53,026 nucleotides of DNA from NCBI GenBank assembly GCA_964590995.1, contig CAZPYY010000002.1, forward strand, positions 1 through 53,026. The letters are read 5' to 3'. The position numbers and the translations under genes were made by a program. The first letter of the stretch is position 1; the number at the start of each line of letters is the position of its first letter. Origin of the DNA: an uncultured Planctomycetia bacterium. GTDB taxonomy: Bacteria; Omnitrophota; Gorgyraeia; Duberdicusellales; 4484-171. The notes below the pieces were generated by a model. It worked only from the letters and a program-made list of their open reading frames with translations. It did not search any database and had not been told where the DNA came from. Positions 8,552 through 16,789 of this stretch are shown in pieces.

Positions 8552-9735
8552 TGGCAAGAACAATAGTACCGATAGGGCCTTATCATCCTTTACAAGAAGA
8601 ACCAGAGTTCTTTACCCTTACTGTTGAGGGTGAAAAGATTATTGCTGTTGATGTTGAGGTTGGTTATAACCACCGGGGCATAGAAAAGCTCTCCGAGATG
8701 AAAACTTTTGATCAGTCTACCTTTGTTATTGAGAGAATTTGCGGTATTTGTTCTACTAGCCACCCTTTTGCTTACACTAGAGCAGTTGAGGATATTATCC
8801 CCTTGGAGGTTCCTGAGCGGGCTAAGTATATCCGAACCATAATCGCTGAAGGTGAGAGAATACACTCGCATCTCTTATGGTTAGGTTTAGCTGGACACTT
8901 CTTAGGATATAATACAGTCTATATGTGGGCTTGGAAATTACGCGAAGAGATTTTAGATGCAATGGAAGTTCTATCCGGAAATAGAAATAATTATGCGATG
9001 TTTAAACCTGGGGGGGTAAGGAGAGATATAAAGGCTGAGGATATTCCAGGAGTAGTTAAGAAGGTAGATTCAATCATACCGACGTTAATAATGCTTAAGA
9101 AAGCTGTTATGGATGATCCAGTCTTACATGCCCGAACTAAAGGGGTGGGTAAGCTTAGCAGGGAAGAAGCAATAAATTATTCGGCCTTGGGTCCAACCGC
9201 AAGAGCATCTGGTGTAGCCAGAGATTTGAGAAAAGATTGTCCTTATGGAGCTTATGAGAGGTTAGATTGGGAGATGATTGTAACCTCTAATGGTGATGTC
9301 TTTGATAAGTTAGTAGTAAGAGTTCTAGAGACCTTTGAGTCTATAAAAATAATAAAGTACTGTCTCCTGAATCTTCCCAAAGGCGAGATCGATGCTCAAA
9401 TCAAGAGCATTCCTTCCGGAGAAGGTATTGGCCAGATTGAAGCGCCAAGAGGAGAGTGCTTCCATTATGTAAAGAGTGACGGCACTAACCGGCCGGCTCG
9501 TCATAAGGTCAGGGCGCCAACTTTTATGAATCTGCCAACTTATAAATCAACTGTTGTTGGGCAGACTATATCTGATGCTACAATAATCTTTGCAGCTATT
9601 GATCCTTGCTATTGCTGTACAGAGAGAATGGCTGTACGCAATACTAGCGGTGAGAAAATTTATAACGGAGAAGATTTGATTCGGCTTTCACAAGAGAAGA
9701 CCGCTAAGATAAAAAATAAATTAGGTATTAAATGA
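8551..9735 (+). CDS. Group-4 [NiFe] hydrogenase large (catalytic) subunit, NuoD/HycE/MbhL type
   Basis: The N-terminal RICGICSTSH motif (CxxC, Cys64/Cys67) and C-terminal DPCYCCTER motif (DPCxxCxxR) are both intact. This indicates a true Ni-Fe site rather than an Mbx or complex I relative. A 35-aa tail follows the Arg cleavage position. GTG start. Confidence 0.9.
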   Translation: MARTIVPIGPYHPLQEEPEFFTLTVEGEKIIAVDVEVGYNHRGIEKLSEMKTFDQSTFVIERICGICSTSHPFAYTRAVEDIIPLEVPERAKYIRTIIAEGERIHSHLLWLGLAGHFLGYNTVYMWAWKLREEILDAMEVLSGNRNNYAMFKPGGVRRDIKAEDIPGVVKKVDSIIPTLIMLKKAVMDDPVLHARTKGVGKLSREEAINYSALGPTARASGVARDLRKDCPYGAYERLDWEMIVTSNGDVFDKLVVRVLETFESIKIIKYCLLNLPKGEIDAQIKSIPSGEGIGQIEAPRGECFHYVKSDGTNRPARHKVRAPTFMNLPTYKSTVVGQTISDATIIFAAIDPCYCCTERMAVRNTSGEKIYNGEDLIRLSQEKTAKIKNKLGIK

Positions 9736-11387
9736 GCTTAGTTGAACAATTATTCAAGATTGATAACCTTTCCATTTTTGTAGGGATATTTATCGGAATA
9801 TTCTCCTTAGTGACAATTATCTATTCAGCAGGCTTTATGAAGAGAAGTAAGGGGCTGATTCGTTATTACCTATATATAGTCCTTACTCTCCTAGCTTCTT
9901 TAGGTGCTGTTTTCTCCAACAATCTTATTCTGTTTATGGTCTTCTGGGGCTTCCTAGGCCTGCTTTTATACCTTTTGATTAGTTTTGGCGAGAAAGAAAA
10001 TACTTCAGCTACAGCAAAGAAGGCTTTTATAATAATTGGCGGTACCGATGCCTTTATGATATTGGGTTTAGCCTTTGTCTGGAAGATCTCCGGAGCATTG
10101 CAGATGGATAAAATAACTATCGCCTTAAACAGCAAGATAGCTGTTTGGGCTTATCTTTGCCTTGCTGCTGGTGCTTTTGCTAAGGCTGGAGCCATGCCCT
10201 TTCATACTTGGGTTCCTGATACTGCCCAAGATGCACCCACTCCGGTAACTGCCTTCCTACCGGCTTCTTTAGATAAGCTTCTTGGTATTTACTTCTTAGC
10301 CAGATTATCTTTGAATATCTTTGAGATGGATAGTGGTATGAATACATTTTTAATGGTGGTGGGCAGCATTACTATTGTTGCTGCAGTTATGATGGCTCTA
10401 ATCCAGCATGATTTAAAGAGGCTTTTGGGCTATCATGCTGTAAGCCAGGTTGGGTATATGGTTTTGGGTATTGGTACTGGTAGCCTTTTAGGCATCGCTG
10501 GAGGCTTATTTCATATGCTTAATAACGCTATTTATAAATCCTGTTTATTTTTAGGCGGGGGTGCAGTTGAGAAGAAAGCAGGGACAAGTGATTTAGAAAA
10601 ATTAGGCGGGTTTGCTAAGATTATGCCTATTACTTTTGGAGCCTTCTTGTTGGCTTCTTTAGCTATATCCGGGATTCCGCCTTTTAACGGTTTTGCTTCT
10701 AAGTGGATGATTTATCAAAGCATAATCAATACAGCTAGTAGTGGTGGGTATCTCTGGGTAGTATGGCTTATTGCTGCTTTGTTTGGCAGTGCTCTTACCT
10801 TAGCGAGTTTTATGAAGCTGGTGCATGCTGTTTTCTTGGGCCAACCTTCTGGGGAAGAGAAGGCATTAAATAATAAGAGGGGTGAAACTACCCCGGCTAT
10901 GTGGATTCCTCAAGTTTCTCTGGCCCTTCTTTGTCTTATCTTTGGTGTATTTGCTTATCAAATACCGCTTAAGATATTTATCCTTCCTAGTTTAGGGGGC
11001 GAGGTTGAGTTCCTTGGAATTTGGAATGCAAGTTTGGCTACTGTATTAATAATTGTAGGAATTGTAATTGGTATGATAATTTACCTTTTAGGTAAGGTGA
11101 CTAAGGCAAGAGAAGTGGGCGGTTTTGTAGGAGGAGAGAATTTAGAGAAACATCCTCAGATGCGAATTTCCGGAACTGAATTTTACAACACAATTCAGGA
11201 AATGGGAATTTTAAAGATTATTTATGAACTGGCCAAGAAAAAGGTATTTGATCTTTATGATATAGGTAGAAGAGTAGCCTTTGTTTTTGTTAGAATACTG
11301 CGCTATATCCACAATGGTGTGCTCCCTACATATATGGCTTGGTGTCTTTTAGGTATGATAATACTTTTTTATGCTTTGCGAGGCTAG
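9732..11387 (+). CDS. mrpA: Antiporter-like subunit, MrpA N-terminal / NuoL family
   Basis: 551 aa polytopic protein. Contains the proton-conducting membrane transporter motifs HTWVPDTAQDAPTPVTA and LLGYHAVSQVGYM. Confidence 0.8.
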   Translation: MSLVEQLFKIDNLSIFVGIFIGIFSLVTIIYSAGFMKRSKGLIRYYLYIVLTLLASLGAVFSNNLILFMVFWGFLGLLLYLLISFGEKENTSATAKKAFIIIGGTDAFMILGLAFVWKISGALQMDKITIALNSKIAVWAYLCLAAGAFAKAGAMPFHTWVPDTAQDAPTPVTAFLPASLDKLLGIYFLARLSLNIFEMDSGMNTFLMVVGSITIVAAVMMALIQHDLKRLLGYHAVSQVGYMVLGIGTGSLLGIAGGLFHMLNNAIYKSCLFLGGGAVEKKAGTSDLEKLGGFAKIMPITFGAFLLASLAISGIPPFNGFASKWMIYQSIINTASSGGYLWVVWLIAALFGSALTLASFMKLVHAVFLGQPSGEEKALNNKRGETTPAMWIPQVSLALLCLIFGVFAYQIPLKIFILPSLGGEVEFLGIWNASLATVLIIVGIVIGMIIYLLGKVTKAREVGGFVGGENLEKHPQMRISGTEFYNTIQEMGILKIIYELAKKKVFDLYDIGRRVAFVFVRILRYIHNGVLPTYMAWCLLGMIILFYALRG

Positions 11388-11390
11388 ATA

Positions 11391-11939
11391 ATGGTTGAGC
11401 TATATATCTTACTAATATTTATGATTGTGGGAGCAATTGTTGCTACTGAGCTAAAAGATCTTCTATCTTCAGTAATAGCAGTTGGTGCTGTAGGCTTAGG
11501 GCTTTCCATAGTCTTTTTAATACTTAAAGCACCGGATGTAGCCATTACCCAGCTAGTGGTTGAAATATTGTGTTTGATTATTTTGATTCGAGCAACCCTA
11601 AAGAAAGATATTCCCTTTGCAACAACAGGTAGGTGGTTTTTAAATACGCTTATTACTGTTACTTTTATTACCATGTTTTTATTTGTCGCTGCAAAAGCCT
11701 TGAAAGAGTTGCCAAGTTTTGGTTATCCGATTATGAAGGTTGCTAAAACATACCTTGCTAATGGTTTACAACAGACTGGTGCAGCTAATGTTGTTTCTTC
11801 GGTAATATTAGATTTTAGGGCATATGATACCTTGGGTGAAGCCACGATATTATTCACTGCTGTAATTGGAGTCTTGGCCGTTGTGCGTAAAATCGGTAGA
11901 AAAAAACAAGATGAGACAATAGAGGAGGAAGATGAGTAG
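11391..11939 (+). CDS. MrpA C-terminal-like / MbhD-MbhE-like membrane subunit (DUF4040 plus MnhB-type segment)
   Basis: APDVAITQLVVE (DUF4040-like) and ILDFRAYDTLGEATILF (MnhB-like) motifs. Confidence 0.65.
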   Translation: MVELYILLIFMIVGAIVATELKDLLSSVIAVGAVGLGLSIVFLILKAPDVAITQLVVEILCLIILIRATLKKDIPFATTGRWFLNTLITVTFITMFLFVAAKALKELPSFGYPIMKVAKTYLANGLQQTGAANVVSSVILDFRAYDTLGEATILFTAVIGVLAVVRKIGRKKQDETIEEEDE

Positions 11940-12384
11940 AGAGCACGATAAGGGTATGTCAGTAATTGTTAAGACGATCACTCGTCTTACAATAGGACTA
12001 ATACTGCTCTATGGTATTTATATAGTCACTCATGGTCATGTATCACCGGGTGGAGGGTTTGCCGGAGGTGTTATTATAGCCCTTTCTTTTGTCCATCTTA
12101 TGTTAGCTTACGGTAAGGAAACTGCCCTGAAAAAGTTTCCTAAAGGCTTGGTTTCGTTCCTAGAGAGCACCGGTGCAGTAATGTTCTTAGCTATAGCTTT
12201 CCTGGGTTTTACTGGAGGATACTTTTTCTTAAATTTTATAAGTAAGGGAAAGCCCTACGAGTTATTTAGTGCCGGAATTATCCCTCTTTGTAATATAGCA
12301 ATATGTCTTAAGGTCGGTGCCGGACTTTTTGCAATATTTGTTGCCTTAGTCTTATTGAAATTAGAGTCAGAGGAGAAGAAATGA
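11932..12384 (+). CDS. mrpB: Mrp antiporter subunit B-like (MnhB/MbhF)
   Basis: 150 aa with 4 TM helices and an SPGGGFAGGV motif typical of MnhB domains. Confidence 0.7.
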   Translation: MSREHDKGMSVIVKTITRLTIGLILLYGIYIVTHGHVSPGGGFAGGVIIALSFVHLMLAYGKETALKKFPKGLVSFLESTGAVMFLAIAFLGFTGGYFFLNFISKGKPYELFSAGIIPLCNIAICLKVGAGLFAIFVALVLLKLESEEKK

Positions 12385-12725
12385 TAATATATTTGCTTTG
12401 TTTAATGCTTTTTTGCGTAGGGCTATATTGTATCTTACGAAAGCGTAATATTATTAAGATTATCGTTGGTGTCATTATATCTGAGTATGCAGCTAATCTG
12501 TTTTTTATCTTGGTAGCCTATCGTATTGGCGGCAGAGCTCCCATATTCTCATCTCAAGCAGATATCTCTGCTTCTACTATGGTCGATCCCTTACCGCATG
12601 CTTTGGTTCTTACAGCTATTGTTATTGGTTTAGCTACCACAGCTTTATTAGTTGCTATTGCTATGAGAATTTATGAAAAATATGGTACTTTTGATATTAC
12701 AAAAATTAGGGAGTTAAGAGGATGA
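12381..12725 (+). CDS. mrpC: Mrp antiporter subunit C / NuoK-like (MbhG)
   Basis: 114 aa with 3 TM helices. Size, position and the DPLPHALVLTAIVIG motif match MnhC/NuoK. Confidence 0.75.
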   Translation: MIIYLLCLMLFCVGLYCILRKRNIIKIIVGVIISEYAANLFFILVAYRIGGRAPIFSSQADISASTMVDPLPHALVLTAIVIGLATTALLVAIAMRIYEKYGTFDITKIRELRG

Positions 12726-14227
12726 TTCCAGGCATTAATACAATACCCCTTTTTGTGGCAATAGCCTTAGCCGGAGCTTTCTTAATTTCTCTGGCTGGTA
12801 AAAAAATAAAGTGGGTACCAGACACATTGGGGAATCTTACTACTTTTGCTTTACTTTGCCTCTCTATCTTTGCGGTGAAGCTCTCAGGTTCTCAGGGAAC
12901 TCTGGTTTATGGTGTTGGTTATTGGAATCCGCCAGTAGGCATAGCCATGGTTCTAGATGGCTTAACTTCATTTATGCTTGTTACTGTAAACCTAGTTGCT
13001 TTTATCATCTCGATCTATGCGATAAATTACATGGAGAAGTATACTTCAAAGTGGAAATTCTATACCTTGTTCCTTCTGATGTTAGCCGGAATGAATGGAG
13101 TAATTATTACCGGTGATATCTTTAATTTGTTTGTATTCTTAGAGATTGCTTCGGTAGCAAGTTATGCTTTGGTTGCTTTTGGAACTGAACGCCATGAGCT
13201 AGAAGCTGCTTTTAAGTATGCGGTTATGGGTACAGTAGGTTCACTATTTATTCTTCTGGGGATTGCCCTTTTATATAGCCGCACCTCTACCTTGAATATG
13301 GCTGATATGGGTAGTGTTTTAGCTGGGAAGGGAAGTACTGACTTGATTCGTTTGGTGAGCGTTTTATTCCTAATGGGTTTTGGTCTTAAAGCTGCCCTTG
13401 TCCCTTTTCATGCCTGGTTGCCTGATGCTCATCCTTCAGCACCGGCTCCGATATCCGCTATGCTTTCGGGAGTATTAATAAAATCTCTAGGTATCTATGC
13501 CTTGATTAGAATATTCTATAATGTAGTAGGGATGAGTCCTGAACTAGCCTCAATAATAATGCTTTTAGGAGCAATATCTATGGTTGTTGGTGGATTGCTG
13601 GCTTTAGGGCAATGGGATTTTAAACGGCTCTTAGCTTACTCTTCTATAAGCCAGGTAGGTTATATTGTTTTAGCTATTGGTCTTGGTACACCCTTGGGAA
13701 TATTAGCCGGGCTCTTTCATCTCTTTAACCACTCAATATTTAAGTCGTTATTATTTTTGAATTCAGGAGCAGTAGAATACTCTACCGGAACCCGAGATCT
13801 GCAGCAGATGGGCGGTTTAGGAAAGAAGATGCCCTTAACCGGCTTAACTAACCTAACAGCTTCTATGTCTATTGCCGGTGTTCCGCCCTTTAGTGGTTTC
13901 TGGAGTAAGCTATTTATTATAGTCGCAATAGTCCAAGCCGGTTACTATGGGTATGCTTTCTGGGCTGTTTTAGTGAGTGTGTTGACCTTGGCTATGTATG
14001 TTAAGGTTACCAAGTATGCTTTCTTTGGAACCTTGAAGGAGAAGTGGGAACAGATAAGAGAAGTACCTGCATTTATGAAGCTTTCAATGGCAATGTTAGC
14101 ATTCATTTGTTTAATAGGGGGAGTATTGCTTATTTCAGGGATAAAAGAGATTTTTCTGCAGCCGGCATCAAAAGCTCTCTTAGATGGCAGTAAGTATAGT
14201 AGTTTGGTTCTAAGTCAGGTGAAATAG
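12722..14227 (+). CDS. mrpD: Antiporter-like subunit MrpD / NuoM-N family (MbhH)
   Basis: 501 aa. Motifs FHAWLPDAHPSAPAPISA and LLAYSSISQVGYI. Confidence 0.85.
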   Translation: MIPGINTIPLFVAIALAGAFLISLAGKKIKWVPDTLGNLTTFALLCLSIFAVKLSGSQGTLVYGVGYWNPPVGIAMVLDGLTSFMLVTVNLVAFIISIYAINYMEKYTSKWKFYTLFLLMLAGMNGVIITGDIFNLFVFLEIASVASYALVAFGTERHELEAAFKYAVMGTVGSLFILLGIALLYSRTSTLNMADMGSVLAGKGSTDLIRLVSVLFLMGFGLKAALVPFHAWLPDAHPSAPAPISAMLSGVLIKSLGIYALIRIFYNVVGMSPELASIIMLLGAISMVVGGLLALGQWDFKRLLAYSSISQVGYIVLAIGLGTPLGILAGLFHLFNHSIFKSLLFLNSGAVEYSTGTRDLQQMGGLGKKMPLTGLTNLTASMSIAGVPPFSGFWSKLFIIVAIVQAGYYGYAFWAVLVSVLTLAMYVKVTKYAFFGTLKEKWEQIREVPAFMKLSMAMLAFICLIGGVLLISGIKEIFLQPASKALLDGSKYSSLVLSQVK

Positions 14228-14725
14228 ATGAAGAGCAGAGTAGTTTTATTTATAATCGCATTTTTAATCTGGTCCCTATTGAACTGGATACCGGATGCAC
14301 AACACCTTATAGTCGGAGTTTTTGTTGCTGCCCTTGTAGCCTTTTTAACCGGAGATTTATTTGTTACCCGGCCGCATGTATTACAGCATCCGTGGCGTTA
14401 CTGGTATTTCATTGCGCATTATTTGCCGGTATTTTTATTAGAAGTTGTGAAAGCCAATATTGATGTTGCTTATCGGGTATTACATCCTGATTTGCCGATA
14501 AATCCCGGAATTGTAAAGGTAAAAACAATTTTAAAGAGCGATACGGCTTTAACATTTTTGGCTAACTCGATAACTTTAACTCCTGGTACTATGAGTGTGG
14601 ATATAGACAGGGATAATGGTGTTTTATATATACACTGGATTAATGTGAAGGCAAAAGATATTGAAAGTGCTACAAAAATCATTGTCCAGCGCTTTGAAAA
14701 AATACTAAAGAAGATTTTTGATTAA
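14228..14725 (+). CDS. mrpE: Mrp antiporter subunit E (MnhE/MbhA)
   Basis: 165 aa with two N-terminal TM helices followed by a soluble domain. ANIDVAYRVLHP and SITLTPGT motifs are typical of MnhE. Confidence 0.7.
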   Translation: MKSRVVLFIIAFLIWSLLNWIPDAQHLIVGVFVAALVAFLTGDLFVTRPHVLQHPWRYWYFIAHYLPVFLLEVVKANIDVAYRVLHPDLPINPGIVKVKTILKSDTALTFLANSITLTPGTMSVDIDRDNGVLYIHWINVKAKDIESATKIIVQRFEKILKKIFD

Positions 14726-14735
14726 AGGGGATAAT

Positions 14736-15104
14736 ATGAAGATGTTTAGATGGATTGCTGGTGCGATAGTTTTAACGGGAATTATAGGTCTGATTATAAT
14801 TCGGCCGCTCCCTTTCCTTTTCTACGCTGATCTTCCTTATGTGAATTTCTTAGGCAGGGCTCTCTACATACTTATTTTAGCTTGTTTTTTGTGCCTCTAT
14901 CGTATCTATAGGGGGCCGACCGGTGCTGATCGGGTAGTGGCAATTGATATTTTGGGTATCATGATTGCTGGTTTGTGCGCAGTATTGACTATTTCTACTG
15001 GAAGGTCTTGGTATATTGATATTGGAATAGCCTGGGCTTTGCAGAGTTTTATAAGTACCTTAGCGCTCTCCAAATATTTAGAAGGAAGAGGGTTCGATGA
15101 GTAG
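14736..15104 (+). CDS. mrpF: Mrp antiporter subunit F (MnhF/MbhB)
   Basis: Three TM helices and a RIYRGPTGADRVVAID motif typical of MnhF. ATG 14736 follows AAGGGG at 14725-14730 and is preferred over the overlapping track start at 14718. Confidence 0.7.
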   Translation: MKMFRWIAGAIVLTGIIGLIIIRPLPFLFYADLPYVNFLGRALYILILACFLCLYRIYRGPTGADRVVAIDILGIMIAGLCAVLTISTGRSWYIDIGIAWALQSFISTLALSKYLEGRGFDE

Positions 15105-15432
15105 TATTATTGGTTTGGTATTTATTAGTTTAGGATTAGCTTTTGATCTTTTTGGTGTTTTAGGCTTAGTGCGCCTTCCCGATGTTTACAATCGTCTGCA
15201 GGCAGCTACAAAGTGTGTCACTTTAGGCACTTGCAGTATTCTATTCGGAACATTTCTTGTGGTTGGCCCGGTAGCATCAGGCATGAAAGCGCTCTTGTGT
15301 ATGGTCTTTTTACTATTAACCTCTCCGGTGGCTGCCCATGCTATAGCCAGAGGTGCGCATAGGGCAGGGGTAAAGCTTAGCAAAGAGAGCGTTGTAGATA
15401 AGTACTTGGAAGATAAAGAGGGAGAAGTGTAG
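15097..15432 (+). CDS. mrpG: Mrp antiporter subunit G (MnhG/MbhC)
   Basis: 111 aa. LVRLPDVYNRLQAATK and LTSPVAAHAIARGA motifs are typical of MnhG. Confidence 0.75.
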   Translation: MSSIIGLVFISLGLAFDLFGVLGLVRLPDVYNRLQAATKCVTLGTCSILFGTFLVVGPVASGMKALLCMVFLLLTSPVAAHAIARGAHRAGVKLSKESVVDKYLEDKEGEV

Positions 15433-15461
15433 TTTAAAAGGTTAAAGTTCAAAGTTAGAAG

Positions 15462-16076
15462 ATGCAAATGCGGTTACCAAAGATCAGAGAATTAACTGAA
15501 GCTATAAAAGCCCTTATAAAAGGGCCTTATACTTCAAAGTTTCCTATTGAGCCACACCAACCTCACCCTAATTTTAGAGGACAGCCCAAGTTTAACGACC
15601 AGAAGTGTGTGGGTTGCACTGCCTGTAAAGAGGTTTGTCCGGTAGAGGCGATTGATTATCAAGATGTTGTTGACGATAAGCTTAATCCGCGAAGAGTTAT
15701 GATTCACTATACTGATACCTGCATATTCTGCGGTCAGTGCGAAGCTGCTTGCATTGCCGATAATGAGGGTATCAAATTATCTAATGATTGGGAGCTTTCC
15801 TTCTTTGATCGCAGTAAAGCTGATGAGCGAATAGAGAAAGAGCTGCAACTCTGCGAGATTTGCGGCGAAGTTATTGCTTGTTGTGACCACCTAGAGTGGA
15901 TCGTTAAGAAGGTAGGAGAGCTTAGTTTTTCCAGCCCGACACTATATCTTCTACGTCTCAGGAGCTTAGGTATTGTAGACCAAAACATCATATCCGCCTT
16001 AGCCGATCAAGGACGCTCTGACCGGGTAAAGATTCTTTGTGCTAGCTGCAGAAGAAAGACCACCCTGACTATTTAA
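15462..16076 (+). CDS. 2x[4Fe-4S] ferredoxin subunit, NuoI/MbhN/HycF-like, with a Cys-rich C-terminal extension
   Basis: CVGCTACKEVCP and CIFCGQCEAAC motifs. The extra C-terminal region carries CEICGEVIACCDH and CASCRRK. Confidence 0.75.
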   Translation: MQMRLPKIRELTEAIKALIKGPYTSKFPIEPHQPHPNFRGQPKFNDQKCVGCTACKEVCPVEAIDYQDVVDDKLNPRRVMIHYTDTCIFCGQCEAACIADNEGIKLSNDWELSFFDRSKADERIEKELQLCEICGEVIACCDHLEWIVKKVGELSFSSPTLYLLRLRSLGIVDQNIISALADQGRSDRVKILCASCRRKTTLTI

Positions 16077-16081
16077 TTGAA

Positions 16082-16582
16082 ATGAGAACTAATTTGAAAG
16101 ATATACTTAAAGGAAAAATTGTTATCGTTGGTATCGGAAACATTATCCGCGGGGATGATGGCTTCGGACCTTTGCTGATTGAAAAGATAAAGGGTGGGGT
16201 TGAGATGATGTGTTTAGATGGCGGGATTGCTCCTGAGAATTACCTGGGCAAAATCACCAAAGAAAATCCCGATACGGTTTTAATTATTGATGCTGTTCAT
16301 CTAGGCAAGAATCCTGGTGAGTACGAGATTTTAAAGGGAGAAGATATAGCAAAGTGCGGATTCACTACTCATGATATCTCCCCGGTAATGTTTATAGAGT
16401 ATTTAACCAGAGAGACCGAGGCTAATATTTATATGCTTGGGGTTCAACCTCAAGGTATTGAATTAGGTTCAGAGATGTCCAATAAGCTTAAAACAGCATT
16501 AGAGGAACTATCAGGAAAAATTTTGGAGGCAGTCAATGCACGAGACTCACTTAATAAAACCGATAATCAAAGGCATAGTTAA
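16082..16582 (+). CDS. hycI: Hydrogenase maturation endopeptidase (HycI/HyaD family)
   Basis: VGIGNIIRGDDGFGP, IIDAV and the HD motif provide the metal ligands of this protease family. This fits the 35-aa C-terminal tail on the large subunit. Confidence 0.8.
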   Translation: MRTNLKDILKGKIVIVGIGNIIRGDDGFGPLLIEKIKGGVEMMCLDGGIAPENYLGKITKENPDTVLIIDAVHLGKNPGEYEILKGEDIAKCGFTTHDISPVMFIEYLTRETEANIYMLGVQPQGIELGSEMSNKLKTALEELSGKILEAVNARDSLNKTDNQRHS

Positions 16583-16778
16583 ACACGCCCAAGAAGAAGG
16601 GGCAAAGAATATAACCAAGCTAAGGTTAAAGATTGGAGAGCTTATTGGTGTTAAAGAAGAGTCGTTTCGCGAGACTTTTAACCTTTTAGCTAAGGGGACT
16701 ATGCTTGAAGGTACAGAGTTGGAGATTGTTTTTTTTCCGAGTACGCGCATAGAAGTTGTTTCCTTTGATTGTGATTAG
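16536..16778 (+). CDS. hypA: HypA-like nickel metallochaperone, truncated form lacking the zinc-finger domain
   Basis: Starts with the MHE nickel-binding N-terminus and shows HypA-like KLRLKIGELIGVKEESF and LEGTELEI segments. It is only 80 aa and has no CxxC pairs. A strong GGAGG lies 6 nt upstream. It overlaps the protease gene by 47 nt. Confidence 0.6.
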   Translation: MHETHLIKPIIKGIVKHAQEEGAKNITKLRLKIGELIGVKEESFRETFNLLAKGTMLEGTELEIVFFPSTRIEVVSFDCD

Positions 16779-16789
16779 GGGTAGAGGAG

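Noticed and set aside
12811-13116. Same-strand alternative-frame ORFs (12811-13116, 3926-4117, 19291-19473, 27437-27700, 39192-39389, 48882-49070)
   Set aside because: They are embedded in longer ORFs that have strong family signatures. No independent start signals are present.
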